Shown one piece after another: positions 1-13,750 of a stretch of 64,000 bases of DNA. Source of the DNA: Paecilomyces variotii (taxonomy: Eukaryota); the NCBI GenBank assembly GCA_004022145.1, contig RCNU01000003.1; one strand, written 5' to 3'. Below the pieces are notes generated by a model that saw only the letters and a program-made list of their open reading frames with translations, searched no databases and was not told where the DNA came from. Numbering within the stretch: the first letter of the stretch is position 1; each line of letters starts with the position of its first letter. A program made the translations under genes and the position numbers.

Positions 1-2507
1 ATGCTGCTCACCATGGATGAGCTATTCAATCAAGTTGTTATCTGTCTCAAGAAGCCCGCATTTGACGGCACGGAACTTGGAGATGCCTTCCTAATCACGG
101 CATGCCGTGCCTAGATATGGATTTGCATACTCTTCTACCAGTTCTCTATCAATAATAGCGCCTGTGCCGTCGGAACGGTCACCTTATGACCCATTAACCA
201 GCTTGCTGGGACACAAAGTACCACTAACGCAGCCTCCGTTGATTCTAATAATGAGGCAAATAACTAGTGCGTTATCTCCGCTAAGTTGGGTCGTACTCCC
301 TACAATTTAAGGACCATAACTGATACACGTATTACGAACTCAGGAGCTTGTTACGATCGAATACCTATCCTTTACTCTATCTATATAGAGTATCGCTCGG
401 CTGTCCATTCCAACATATGTCCAAGCTTCTGTGGGTATTTGACAGAAAGACGCCGGGACTCCGTGGTCAGACTACGAACAACTCCAAATCAACTCAATTT
501 TGAGAAGCCAGCTCGGCTCGGCTCTCTCCCTTCCAATCAACGGAGCAGCTTTTATTATGACGCGACGTGATCCGCATGATTGCTTATGCGTAAACGATGC
601 AAGCATCTATTACGAAGTCTCTTCCCAACGGAGCAGGACCTACGGATGCACGAACGGCCTTTGCTGCGCTTTAAATTCTATTATAGGCATAGACGGTCCA
701 CAGTATACGCTATTTGATGCTACCGAACGATAGCTGGCAGTCGCCGTTTCGAAGCCGTCTGTCCCAGGGGAAAGGGAGTTGGGCCCCTAACGCATCTGTT
801 TACTCTAGAGAGTGGGGGAAGAGCATCCCATGAACTTGAACTCCGGAAAAGTACCGATGGTAAAAATACACGGTTGTCTGTGCTCTGTTCAGTACGGTCG
901 AGCGTCCTATACGGTTCTCACCGATTTACAGGTTATTGTATTAAACGGTGAGAGAAGCTTGCATGGGTCACACCCGTGTGATATACTCACCGTAGTTACC
1001 TCCTTTCTATTTCGGGATAGAAGATGATAGCTATTATTGCTCGCATTTTCTTGACCGCTAGTTTCTGGTGTTGGAGTATGTCCTGCACACACCGCGAGAA
1101 CATTCCTCGGGACATTTGTGGTAGTCTCTCCAGTTTTGAGCTAGCGAATGATATAATACTGTAGACACAGTAATATCTGTGGATAGAGGAGATTGAAGTG
1201 ATTTACTGTCATATGTTAGTAGCGTTTCAATGAGAGGAAAACAATACTGATGTCCAGACCGAGCCCGTCACTTATTATAGCTGACATAACTACCACTTTT
1301 ATATTCCGATAGAGAAATAGCCCACAGTCATCTGCTATTTCTTTTTAATAAAAGATATTCTCGTAGATCTATAATAATTCCTTGTAAGTGTGCTATCATT
1401 AATAGCTCAGACCTATGTAGACAATTTTATTCTTCTTGTTTCTCAGCATTAAGATCCTATGGAGGGAACTCTGCAGATCTAGAGACCGTGAAGGATGTCA
1501 TTAACTTGCTCATAGGACATAGAGATCTCCCTGCGCACATATGTTTGATGAAAGAGTCTTAAGTGGCCTGACTGCGACTCCTTCAGGCTTCCTTAGCTGT
1601 ATCAAAAGAGCTTTAGGAATTATTTTATTCTAATTCATCGATGAACCCTATGATGAAGCATACTGGAAGCGACCAGGAAGGTCCCATGACACTCAACCAC
1701 AGTCATTAACACGTCTGTTCAATTTCTCAAGTATCTGGATTTGCACTACAAGACAGACCTACTTTCCCACTTTGATAACTTCCTTGTTTCAGGAGGATGA
1801 AAGATAGCAGGGCCGCTAAAGTGCTGACTTGCATCTAGTAAAAGCCTGTGTCAAGTTTATTTTTCGATTCTTATTTCTATTTGACAAGGTATCCTTCTGG
1901 CATTACATCGAGAAAGGAGACTTCTTGCCCTCTCCACAAATCGGCCGAGATAGAGATTTGCGAAGAGAATCTTTATAAGAGTTTCGCATCATATGTCGAG
2001 TCTCAAGGATTGTTTATGATGCTGCTCATTTGGAGATGTAATCATTCGTCGTTGGCACGATAGCGAAGCAAGTCGCATTTTGGAATATCAGAAAAGATAC
2101 AACGCTGAATATATTGCTCTTCTGTCTCTTTACTCCGAGCTCATGCCAATTACTTGTAGTATACTGAATAGTCATGATATACGTTATTGATCTACCATAT
2201 TGCCAACTTTTACCATTTAGCTGTTACTCCTACTGCTTCGACAGAAAGAGTTCTCCAGGTTGTGTCTTCTAAGTCATCACTCCAACCTTTTCAATTCATA
2301 GGAAAAGATGAAAACTAGTCGATCCTTCCGCGATGCTGCAGCTTCTATTGCTTTTTGTTTGCTGTTTTACATATAAAAGAGAGGCGGGCGAGACTAATTA
2401 TCCTCAATCATAGAGGGAGATAGATTTCGTTTTTGGGTTTCCTGTACGCCACATCATGGAATATATCTCATGCAGTTCGTGCCCTGTATAATCTATACAA
2501 AGGGAAC

Positions 2508-4763
2508 CTAGAACTCGTTCTCGTCATCGCCGGCAATGATGACATTGTTGATCTGTTCTGGGTCAGCAACTATCTAGAAATGTAAGCAATAACCGCGATT
2601 TCCCTACCTTGAGAACCATTCGGCATAGCTGGGTAGCAAGCAGGAGCTGCTGGCGCTTTCCAATAAGGGGATCAATGACGAAGCGGGATCTCATATCTAA
2701 AAGAAACGATTATTAGCAGTGCCAACAAGGTTAGGGCGAATAGGCAAGACATACCATTGTCACCGGTGAGCATGCAGTCCACACCGAGTCTTGAGTTATT
2801 CTCCTTAACTTGTCTCGACTTGATCGAGGCAAGAGTCTCAATAGGGCTCAAGCCAGAGTTCTCAGCAAGAGTCATGGGGACGGAGTCCAGAGCGTCGGCG
2901 AAGGCACGCATGGCGTATTGTTCAATTCCCGGGCTCTTTAAGACAAGTCAGAAACCAGCAACTAGAAGACACAACTTGATATGGACTGACCTTCACAGCG
3001 GCTTCCTCAACAGCGAGAGAGCATGCAATCTCGGCTGCACCACCTCCATACACGACACGGTTGTCGCGCACAAGGTTACGAACAACGCAGAGGGCGTCAT
3101 GCAGCGAACGCTTGGCTTCGTCGATGATCTGATGCAGGGAAAACACGTTAGTTCTTTCTGGATGATCGTAACGCGGGTGTATACGAGGAACACTGACCAT
3201 CTTGTTGCTACCTCTTACGAAAACGGTCACTGCGCGGCTGTTGGCGCATTCCTCAATGACGAGCATCTTTTCGCGCGTAGTACCGAAGCTCATTTCGCGG
3301 ACGAGACCAGCCGTTCCAAGCTTCTCAGGACTCAGGTCCTCGAAACGGGGAACGATCCTTCCGTTTGTCGCGATGGCAATGAGTTCGATCTCAGGCCCAC
3401 CGACCCATCGGACAGCGGGCAAGTTGTTCTGAAGAAGCAGGTGGTTTGCTTCATCATCGAAACCCCACTGGCAGATAACCAAGTTCGCTCCGTTGTCCTT
3501 AAGCTGCTGAATCATTTCCGAGAACTTCTCCCTCTCGTAGGATTGTAACCGTTTGAATTCTTCGACTGATGTGATGTCGAGCTTGTGCTTGGTCTTCGGC
3601 TTAGGCGGTTCAAATGGGCAAGTCAAGATTGCCAGCTTAGCATCTCTAACTTCGTCTGGCATCTGAGGGTGCGAGAAGTCTTTGTCGACAATGACGCCCT
3701 TGACGAGAAGAGAATCCTCGAGAGCACCGCCGACCTTTCCGTCGACCTTGATAAGTTCGAAATCGACGTCTTTGCGCTCGAGATCGGCAACGGAGAGTAC
3801 GGCCTCGACGGCTATCTTAGCAAACTGGTCGTGAGATTTCGAGACACTGGTAAACAGTCAGCATCTGTTGTGTATGGGAATGAATTCGAGCAGTGGAGAT
3901 CACACATCTTGCTTCCAAGACTCGTCTTCGCTACCTTGACCAAGTTTTCCGTGTTGTCCTTGGTAAATGGAATCTCGTCACTAATCTTATCGAGCTGGGC
4001 CACAGCAATCTCACAGGCCTGGTCGTAACCGTCCGCTATCCGGATGGGATGGATACCCTTGTCGATCAGGTCGGAAGCCTGCTCCAAAAGAGCTGCAGCC
4101 AATACTACCACACCAGTTGTGCCATCACCAATTTCATCATCCTGGGATTTCGACAACTGCACAAGGAGCTTGGCGACGTTGTTGGAGATTTCCATCTTTG
4201 ACATCGGTTAGGACACATCGAATGAGCGCTCGGAGGGCGGCTTATGACTGACCTGCGACAGAATAGTAGCTCCATCGTTTGTAACAGTGATGTCTCCGTC
4301 CGGAGAGATGAGGATCTTGTCCAAACCACGAGGGCCCTGTAGCGACATCTCAGATGACCGTTCCAAAAAGAGTAGGGCGTATAACCATACCAGCGATGTC
4401 TTCACAATATTGGCGACCGTCTTGGCCGCAACAATGTGCGACTTGACGGCATCTGTACCATGCTGCCTCTTCTTCTTTCCCTGACTGCAGACGGAGTCAA
4501 TATAAGTTGTCCGGAAGCTCATGTACCGTCTTGGGAACCATGCTATATCGGAGGGGCGACGTACTCTCGGACGACGATAAATGGCCGGCCCTGCTCATCC
4601 TTCATCACCGTAGCTGCCACATATTGTTTAGACTGATATCCATCCGAATACTAGCGAACGGAAAGACGCGGGTAGTTACCATTAGACATATCAAGCTCTG
4701 AAAAAAGAGAGTTGTCAGCGATGGGCTTCATAATGAGGGGTATCTGAACATACGCATCGCCAT
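2508..4763 (-). CDS. cct5: T-complex protein 1 subunit epsilon (CCT5), multi-exon
   Basis: Exons encode [58 protein letters not shown] and [13 protein letters not shown] at 4763 is followed by micro-exons with GT..AG introns; C-terminus IAGDDENEF* ends at 2508. Confidence 0.96.
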
Positions 4764-5181
4764 TTTGAAAGTGTTCTGCCACACGGCAGAGTTAGCACCG
4801 GGGGAACAAAAACGATATCAGTTGAAAAAAGAAGAAATCAAAGGTGACCTTCGCAACAGAGCAGCTGTTCGACAAGGGTGCCGGCGGTGATCTAGACACA
4901 GACTGCTGGCGTGCACATGCGTGGGCCTTTTTGGACCTCGAAATTCTGGAGATTGACCGAGTGAGGCTAGTGAGCTGCTTGCCCGATGTGGCTTGGCGCT
5001 GGGCCTCCCACGCGACTTTGCGCGCCGGCAATTCAACTCCAAGAGATTCACGCAGTCGACTTCGCGCTCGGCGCATTGCCTTTCCCATCTGCCACTCATT
5101 CTGAATTGCTCATAGCTGCTCGATATCTCAATCGCTACGGTGTTTTCCAGGCTGTTTAGCTTCGTTTCAGGGTCTACGACA

Positions 5182-6211
5182 ATGCCTCGTGAGTGCTCCT
5201 GCAGCTTGGCACCGCTCCGGCCTATCCTACGTCCGCGAGACTTCACGTCTCTGCGACCTGAAATGCCAGAATTTGGACTAATACTGATGGGAAGCAGCTC
5301 CAGTAGAGGATATTTCAGAGGACGAGTCCACTGGGGATGCGATCCCTTATGATAATGGAAGGGAGTCGGGGGCGGAAGAGAGCGATGAGGAGGAAGGTGA
5401 AGACGTGTGGGTACCACAATATTTCGCGCATGAAAGACGCCTCGGTGCTGAGTACTACTAGTTATGTCGTCGAGAAGATCATGGGACACGAGTACAAGAA
5501 AGACGTGAGCAGGCGCAGAAGAATCCACACCCAGAGACCGTTCACTGACCGCTTCGGCAGACCTTATTCTTGCACGTGAAGTGGAAAGGATATGACAAAC
5601 CAGAAGATCAGACGTTGGAACCGGAAGAGAACCTACTGTATGCAATTCATGGCCTCAAAGACGCCGGCGCCGGTTTGGCTAACAATTAGCCTGCAGGGAT
5701 GGTGCCAAAGAAGCAGTGGATGAGTATTACGCCAAACTCGGCGGAAGACCTGAGAAGCCATCGAGAAAGAGAAAGTCATTGAACGAGGCAAAGGCTACAC
5801 CTGAGAAGGCGACCCAGAAGAAGCCAAGGAAGTCGCGAGGAACAGCCAGCGCAGAGCCAGCTGCATCAGAGGAAAACGATGATGTGCCCGATTGGGTACC
5901 TAAGAGCAAGAACTGGGAAAAGGACATCCTCAAGGTCGACACCATTATGCGCGACCCGGACACGGGCAGTCTGATGGCCTATCTCCACTGGAACAATGGC
6001 AAGAAATCACGAGTGTCAATAGAGCAGTGTTACGAGAAATGCCCAATGAAGGTAAGCTTGCTGCATCAATTCGCTAATGGTCGCTGTGCACTGGAAACTA
6101 ACTCTCCGCCAGATGCTCCGGTTCTATGAACAACATCTGTAAGTGATGATTACCTCAAGTGTATAGTATGCTTGGTACTGACGATTTACCAGGGTCTTCA
6201 AAGAAGGCTGA
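5182..6211 (+). CDS. hepA: Heterochromatin protein 1 (HP1/Swi6/HepA): chromo plus chromo-shadow domain
   Basis: Spliced exons give YVVEKIMGHEYKKD..LHVKWKGYDKPEDQTLEPEENL (chromodomain), a basic hinge, and WEKDILKVDTIMRD..AYLHWNNGKKSRVSIEQCYEKCPMKMLRFYEQHLVFKEG* (chromo-shadow). Introns are canonical. Confidence 0.92.
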
Positions 6212-6702
6212 ATCACTATTCATAACAACAAATGTCAATGGACAATTTCCTTTATTCAGTGTGCGGTTCCAACATTCATCTAAGAGGGTCTCGATTTAGT
6301 TAATTCGCGCAACATTTTCCTTCTACATTGTTCCTTTCTCTTTTTGGATTGTCCCTTAGTCCTATTTGTATCTGCTCAAGGTTGTATCCGCAAGGGATAG
6401 GTGTTTGGCCAGTATTTCCTGTTCCATCAATGCTCCTTCCCGCTATTTCTAGTATGTCTATGGTGACTTCCGAAGGATCCTTCTCCCGTAAGTCACTCGA
6501 GCTGATGGGCCGCTCGTCATAATCGACATTATTCATGTTTTTAATCGGAAAAGAAGAAGGGCAATGCATTTATTCCATTATCCGTTTTGACTTCGTAGCG
6601 TAGGCTTTTCAGACATCTGCGGGATCCTCATCATAGTTTATGGTACCAAGTAGTTGTTAACTGTATGTACATTATCCATATGGTCCAACGCTGATAAGCT
6701 AC

Positions 6703-8407
6703 CTAAGCGCCCTGGGCCATTCGAAGATACTTTTTCCTCATTTTCGCAAGTTCCATACCGTGCTTTTCAATCGAACGCTCCATCTCTCTGGCATTCGAGT
6801 TCTGCAGGCGGCTGTCATCCTCAGGAGTCCATACCCCGCGCATGTTCTGAGGAATGCCTTTTCCTTTCACTAGATATTTCAGAACGACATCCGCTAGGTC
6901 AGGGCTCATGGTTGTACACCGCAATGCCTCTTTGACCTGCTGCTCGTTCTGTGCCTTGCCTGTCCTTACGCGCGCCTTGATCCATTGGTCAATTTCGTTG
7001 ATAACCTCTTCTTGGCGCTCCTGAGTTTCTTCTTCTTCGGATGGGCTGGATGGGAGAAAAGGCAGTTCCCGAAGTAGATTATCGTCGGGTTGCGACGGCC
7101 GTTGGGTGTCGAACTGCGGCGCGGTTTCGAACCGATCCTCAGACTGTGTCTCATCATCTGTAGTGTCTGGAGCTGGCCTTTCTTCTGCCTTTTCTGCTTC
7201 TACGGGAGGCTGGATAGGAGTCGATGGTAACAACCTTGGGTCGTAATCAGTCACTCTCCGTTTACGCTCTGGCTGGTGATCTGGGTCGAATGTTGGGATA
7301 TCAAGGGATATCCGTCTTCTTTTTCGCACTTGCTCTTCTATGCGCGTCGCATCCTGCTGCGTCCGTTGCCCGACCCCATTGGGATTGGGGACCATGCCCG
7401 AACGTACTGCGCGCGGTGGCTCCTGGCCATGACCGGGCGGCCTTTGAGGCAGGGTTGGAGTATGATACGGGCTCCTCAGTGGTACCTGTTCTTGTTGGTC
7501 CACAGGCGTACTCGGGGCATGTTGCGACGGATTCAGATGACGGCTTCTAGCTGGTTTAGGAGCGCTGTGAGACCCTTCCTGCGCTGCCTCTCCCCGTGGG
7601 GACTTGGAAACTTCGCCACTTCTAGAAGACTCCGACTGCTCTCTCATGGGGGCGCTTTCCGAGGAAGTAGTTCTATTTGCATCTTCAGACGTGGAGACAC
7701 GTTTAGTTCCGGAAGACAGTGCTGTAGAGAGCCCCTGTCCGCGGAAGTTCTTTACATAGCGATTTCTCCATGACTGAGAGGTGTGTTGTGGATGCTACTC
7801 TTGTCAGCTTCACGCCATGGGAAGTAGTTGCTTGAGCTGGGCTACGTACCTGCTGTGCCAGAGTCTCGTAGATTTTGTTTCCTGCAGTGGCAAGGCCTTT
7901 TGCTATAGAATCCTGGACCCATGCCAAGAGAATCTCGTCATCCTCCTTCGTAAATTGTTTCCTGTGTGCTCTTGGCGGAATATGAGAGGCACCTGTAGGA
8001 CGAGACTTGGGTTCAGCTGGGCCAACCCGATGGGCCTCAAGGCTCACATGATGTCCAGCTCGAATACATCTTTCGATATATCGATATGAAAAGCTAGAAT
8101 GATGCTAAGCTGTGATCAAGAATCATAATATGGAAAGAACACCTACCTGTCTGGAGGGGCATCCCTTTTCACGTAGTCGACCAATTTAACATCAGCATCT
8201 TTTTCTAACGGTACTACAAAGCCGCCATTCCACTAGCAGCAGTTAGATCAAAGCCGACTGTAAAAGAATGATTTTTATCACCTGAATGAGTTCTCTGAAT
8301 CTGCTCCTTTGTGGAACGTTGTAGGATAGCCAGAATTTCTTCCCTTCAAAAAGAGTACCCGGCCTGCCATCTGGCGGGGCACTTTTATAGACAATATTTG
8401 CAGACAT
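6703..8407 (-). CDS. rap1: Telomere protein Rap1 homologue (BRCT, Myb, Rap1-C)
   Basis: N-terminal BRCT-like TLFEGKKFWLSYNVPQRSRFRELI, Myb-like RKQFTKEDDEILLAWV..GNKIYETLAQQHPQHTSQSWRNRYVK, and C-terminal GIPQNMRGVWTPEDD..KHG. Three GT-AG introns. Confidence 0.85.
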
Positions 8408-8942
8408 CCTGGCAAAGCCCCAGCTCAATCTTACCAGACCGATTTATAACAATAGCTGGACTGTTTCTGGCAAAACTAAGGAGCCGTGGTCTTTGTTTTT
8501 AGGGGGTGGTCTTCAAACGCGTTGCACGTGCCTCGCGAGCCGTAGACTGTACGTTCATGAGGGAAAAATTGGCGTGGTTTATAGTCTGAGTTCTCAAATT
8601 AAATCCTATCTGGAAAGCTCTTCAGTATTCTCTTTATAAGGATTGTTGATGGGACAGAAAAGTTGATCGTTGAGAAAGTCGATGGTCCTTCAATATGACC
8701 ATCACGTGCACGGGCCAATTAATGCCTCTTTAGCGCTTGGAAAGGGAGACTCGCGGCGCGAGACGAAAAGCGACTCCGCGTCGCTTAACCAGGAGATTAA
8801 ATCACTCACTGGCCGACTCCTTCCTGCGATACCTGGTATATTTGGCAGTTCATTTTTGGTCCCACCTTGTCAGGATGCAGAACGACTGGTAACCTGCGCT
8901 GCTCGTTTGCGAACTCAGGGGAATCGCATCCGAAACTCAAAC

Positions 8943-10291
8943 ATGGGAACTCTGCGAAATGTAGCTCTGATCGTTCTGGCGATATCCTTTGCGACGTTTG
9001 TCGCTCTTTTTGGGCGACTCCCTGCTTTAAAGTAGGTTATCCATGGCCATTCATCAATTAGTCGATACGGAATCTTACACGCTTCTGTAGGAAGACGCCA
9101 GTCGGTTTCCTCTACAAAATCATCTGGGTTTATCTTCCCAGTGGGATTGCCTATGTGGATTCTTCTTTACTGGGCGGCCGATTCTTGCGATTCTGGCGTA
9201 GGTCTGGCAGGTACTTACTACGAGAGAATCATCCATTGGTCTTGGTCAGCGAATTCGGCTCAACATAGCTGTACCAATCGAAAGTTCTGCTGACATAAAG
9301 AAAACAGATATTCTTTATTGCCCTACTGTCAGGATCGGAGTGTATGTTTGTCCCAAAGGCGTGGCCGAAACTTACCATAGCGCATCGGCTGTGTGTAATG
9401 ATAGCCATCACACTGCCATATCTTAGCTTGTATGCCTGCGTCGTAACAAAATCGTTCGTCACAAAAGAGAATCTCGACAGGGAAATGACGCACTATCCTT
9501 ACGATCGAGTTCTGTTTCATCCAGGGCATCTATGTCGGACCTGTCACCTTCCCAAGCCACCTCGAAGCAAACACTGCAGGATCTGCAATGCGTGTATCTC
9601 CAGACATGATCACCACTGCATATGGTTAACTAACTGCGTCGGCCGACACAACTACCATTACTTCATGTCACTTTTGGTATCAACATCAGTTCTCTTATTG
9701 TACGGCGTGTACTTGGGTTACACCCTTTTGGATGGAACTCTACAAGAAATCATGCCACCGATCACAGGATCCACGGGGCACTGGAGCAAGAACGTTAGTT
9801 GGTCAGCGTTCTTCAATATATGGGGATCGGTTATATTGGAGGACATTCGCATCGGTGCTATATTCCTCCTGGCGCTGATGACGGCGCCTCTCGCTGTTGG
9901 ATTTTTCTTATACCATCTCTATCTGATCTGGGCCGGAATGACAACGAACGAGAACGCGAAGTGGGGATACTGGAGAGACGATATAGAAGATGGCTTTGTT
10001 TTCAAGGCCAAAAGAAGTGAGATCTATGGGGAACCTGGACCGGAAAATGAGTCTCCTGCGCCCCGTACATCCTGGCCTGCGCACAGTGATCAGCTGTTGG
10101 CTATCACGGATGGTGAATCACCGAAAGCGGGATACATGCTATCCTCACGATCGAATTCAGTCATTCAACCGGATGACCAGAATGCACCCGTCGATCCTAG
10201 GTGGGTTCGAATAAGCAGCCTTGCTGAGGTGGAAAATATCTATGACTTGGGATTCTGGGGAAATCTGCAGGATGTATTGAAGCTCTTGTGA
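8943..10291 (+). CDS. swf1: DHHC-family palmitoyltransferase, Swf1-like
   Basis: CRTCHLPKPPRSKHCRICNACISRHDHHCIWLTNCVG (DHHC-CRD), TTNE motif, NIYDLGFWGNL tail, N-terminal FVALFGRLPAL. Two introns. Confidence 0.9.
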
Positions 10292-10603
10292 CATCAGACA
10301 TCTTGTATATATGTTTCTGATCTAAATACTATTTCCACATATAGCAGACATTCTTTTACAATCGCAGACGACGAGACCATAGAAACACGATAGTAGGTAT
10401 TCTCATAAGCTGTAGCTAGCGGTCCCGTCCAATCACAACACCCCAAAGCTTCCCGTCGGAGCGGAAAAAAATCCAGGAAGAGCAGGACCCCTCGACTCCA
10501 CTGATCGGCCTTTTCATAGAATCGTTTACGCCTCTCCACTAACGCTTCAACAACTGCGCCTCCTGCGACACTGCTTGTGAACGCCCTGCAGGACACGGTC
10601 AGA

Positions 10604-13441
10604 ATGGCGGACCAGGCTACTGTGGAAGCAAAGCCAAAATGTACACCGGCTGAGCTAATGCTCAAGGTCATCTTGGCCGGTACTTTGAGCCACTATGAGA
10701 CCCGTGGAATGATTGACGACAAGCGGCTAGAGCACATGCTCTCGGCGGGAAAGCAAATTCTGTACAAGAGTCACCAAGAGAGCGATGTTAGGTACGCACT
10801 TCTTCTCGTGACCCTACAATTCTAAGATCTTAGACTGACATATCTTTCTTCAAGACAAAATCTTGGCTTGTCGCCTGACATATGGCAGGGTCTTACCGAT
10901 GTGTTGACAAAAGCCATTCCTGTCCTCGAGTCACAATCTTTCGCATGGAAGAGTCCACCGTCGGCAAATTACGACCACTCCTCTTCGAACCTCATAGCAT
11001 ACAATTACTTTTCCCTAGTCAAGGACATAGAACGACTAAATGATCTATGCACTATCGCGCGCAACCTTCTTGCCACTACAAAGAAAGCCCAAAATTTAGC
11101 GGCGGAGAAAGGATTTGATCAACGGATATTGTCACTTATAGACACATGTGTCAGGGTAACGGCGCGAGGTTTCGATGGAGAGACAAATGCGAGGAATGAA
11201 GAACGATGGCAGAAGGTGGTCAACCTCTACAAGCGGCTGCTGATCACATGCTTGCAGTTCTTGCACAATTTTATCATGCATAATGAGCAGCGTAAGATGG
11301 TTCTATGGCTCGATCTTTTCGGCTATCATTCGACGGGCGATTCCAAGATCATAATGCCCAAGGAACCTCTCGATCCGACAACAAGCCCTCCTAAGGGAGT
11401 CGCACCTGTCGTCAGAACAGGTGAAAGAATCGTCAATCCTCCAATTAGGGCTCTTTACGATCAGACCGCGGAAGACCTGTTGCTGGAGACCATCTCCAAT
11501 TTTCCGCGAGAGCCAGCGACCATCAAGGAGGAAGCTGCCATGTTGCTTCTCGCAAACATCAAGGATCATATGGAGAAGTTACTAGGACGAGATCTGATGG
11601 AGATCCAGGAAATGGGCAAGGACCCCGAACAAGTCAAGGAAATCAGAGCTGCTCTTACTGCTATACTTGGCGCGAAGGTCGATGGGTGGTCGGATCTCAA
11701 AGAAAGGGCCCAAGATTTACCTCCTGCACTACCTGAAGACGAAGAGCCTCGGAAGAAGCCCATTATCAGCATCGATCGCAGTTCTACAGCAGGTTTTCCA
11801 CGCACATGCTGGAGTGATCTCCCAGATCTAGATGAGTTCGGTGCTCTTGCAGCAGGCGACGCTGCGGTGATGGAAGAGGATACTAGCATGCCACGTTCAG
11901 CCCAGTCTGCCGCAGAGACCCTTCAGGAAGCGAAGGATGAGCTTATGGCACGCTTGCAAGAGACATCGCCTATTGTAGAAGGGGATCAGCACTACGATGG
12001 AACGGACGGTGGCCACCCAGAAGACGACTCGCGCAGCTTGGACGCTATGGGAGAGGGAAGCATGGAGGAAGAGGAGGAGGAAGACGAAGACGATGACGAT
12101 GACTACAGGGGCCGTCCTGGCGATCAGCAGCGTGGCCTGCTGACGGATATTCCCTTGGTGCTTGGCCCTGCTGAAATCGAAGCACTCCCCATGATCATTC
12201 AAGCCGGTATAGTCGACAGCTTTGGCCTCAAGGGTGGTGAAAGAACTGGTGGTAGGAACATGCAAGCTGTCAGGTGTCATATACTCCTGACACAGGAGAC
12301 TGGTCGAAATCTCCTTCGAGAGCTTCTGATCTTCATCGCTGCCTGGGACCTTCCAGATGATGAGTTCTACTTTAAGATGATGGTTCAGATCATGGATGCC
12401 GTGCTGAAGAACGGCTTAATGTCTCACGCGTATTCCGACTTTGGCCAGCCCAAAGACATCATTTCTCCGGCTCAAGCTGTTGTCATCAAGATCCTCACGC
12501 ATATCTTCAGGGCCAGGTACTCTCCCGCTTCCGTTACTGGATCAGCGCAGTCGAGCACTGTTAAAAGTCCAGTGCCCCTGACACGAGTCGACGTCCTCAC
12601 AGTGCGCTACATATTCACTATTTTCCGGGGGAACATCATCCCAGAAACTTGCGCACTCATCTATCTCCAAGGCCAGATCCGCGCTGGCCGTGCCTTGCCC
12701 GAGGACTTCCCTCTCAATCTATGGGATATGGAAAGAGTTTACGAGGGCGTTTATCAATTCCTGGAATTCTTCGCCGTCCTTACTGAAAACAACGACTGGA
12801 AGAATCTGTTGGTCAAGTGGGAAATCGTCTATGACCTTGTAACTTTGATCAAGGAGTTGGAAGCCAGTATCCCCAAGGGCAGCCTTACGTCTCTATCTGC
12901 TGCCGCCAACGCTGCCGCCGCTGCTCGCAATAATGCTGCTAGAGATTCCGAGCAGACAGCATCATCTCCCGGCCCTGTGGCTGTAGAACGCCCCTATGAC
13001 CCTACCGATTCGGACCCTATAGACACGGGCGCCGCCAGTGCAGGCTCTGGTGCCGAGTCACCACCCATCACCGAGGATCCGTCCGAATTCGAGTGGAGAA
13101 ATCTCAAGAAGCTGGTCGTCTTGGTGCTTTCATCATTGGTGTGGAAGTGCCCTGAGGTTCAGAATCAGATTCGCAAGCATGGCGGTGTCGAGACGATTCT
13201 TTCCTGCACAGCTTTTGATGCTCATAACCCTTACATCAAGGAACATGCAGTCATGTGCCTGAAGTTCCTCCTGGAAGGCAACCGTGAGAATCAGAAGCTG
13301 GTTGAGGAGCTGGAAGCTCGGGAAGTTGCCAAGGATGAGAATGGCGTGCTGGAGAGGAGTGGATTGGAGGCCGTGATTGATCAGACTGGCAAGCTGGCTC
13401 TCAAACCCAAGGATAGGGTTGTTGAGTCTGACACGAAATGA
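10604..13441 (+). CDS. Ataxin-10 domain / Ctr86-like ARM-repeat protein
   Basis: 857-aa ORF plus an upstream exon. C-terminal QIRKHGGVETILSCTAFDAHNPYIKEHAVMCLKFLLEGNRENQKLVEELE matches the ataxin-10 domain. Confidence 0.8.
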
Positions 13442-13750
13442 TCCCAACGCTCAAAAGATAATGACCCAAAAGTTTTCATGTCTGATTTCAAGGCGGGTAT
13501 CATCGTCACGTGTGCATGACATAGATGTGTATAGAGTATGAAATGAATCAATCAGAGAGAAGACGAGACAAGATGTCATGGAAACCGTTAAATAAACTCA
13601 TTTCACAACCCCCTCATCCCCTAGGTTCGATAACTATAACCACTACTCGACCAACGCCATGTCGCCTGATGCAAAACGAACACCATGTTATGCAGTGCTC
13701 AGAGAGACCTCCCCAATCATATCTCCTTTATAATCGACACGCCGCCCATT

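Noticed and set aside
2757-4201. Plus-strand ORFs over cct5
   Set aside because: Antisense shadows of a conserved gene.
4818-5645. 275-aa minus-strand ORF
   Set aside because: Overlaps the HP1 exons and promoter on the opposite strand, with no domain-like content.
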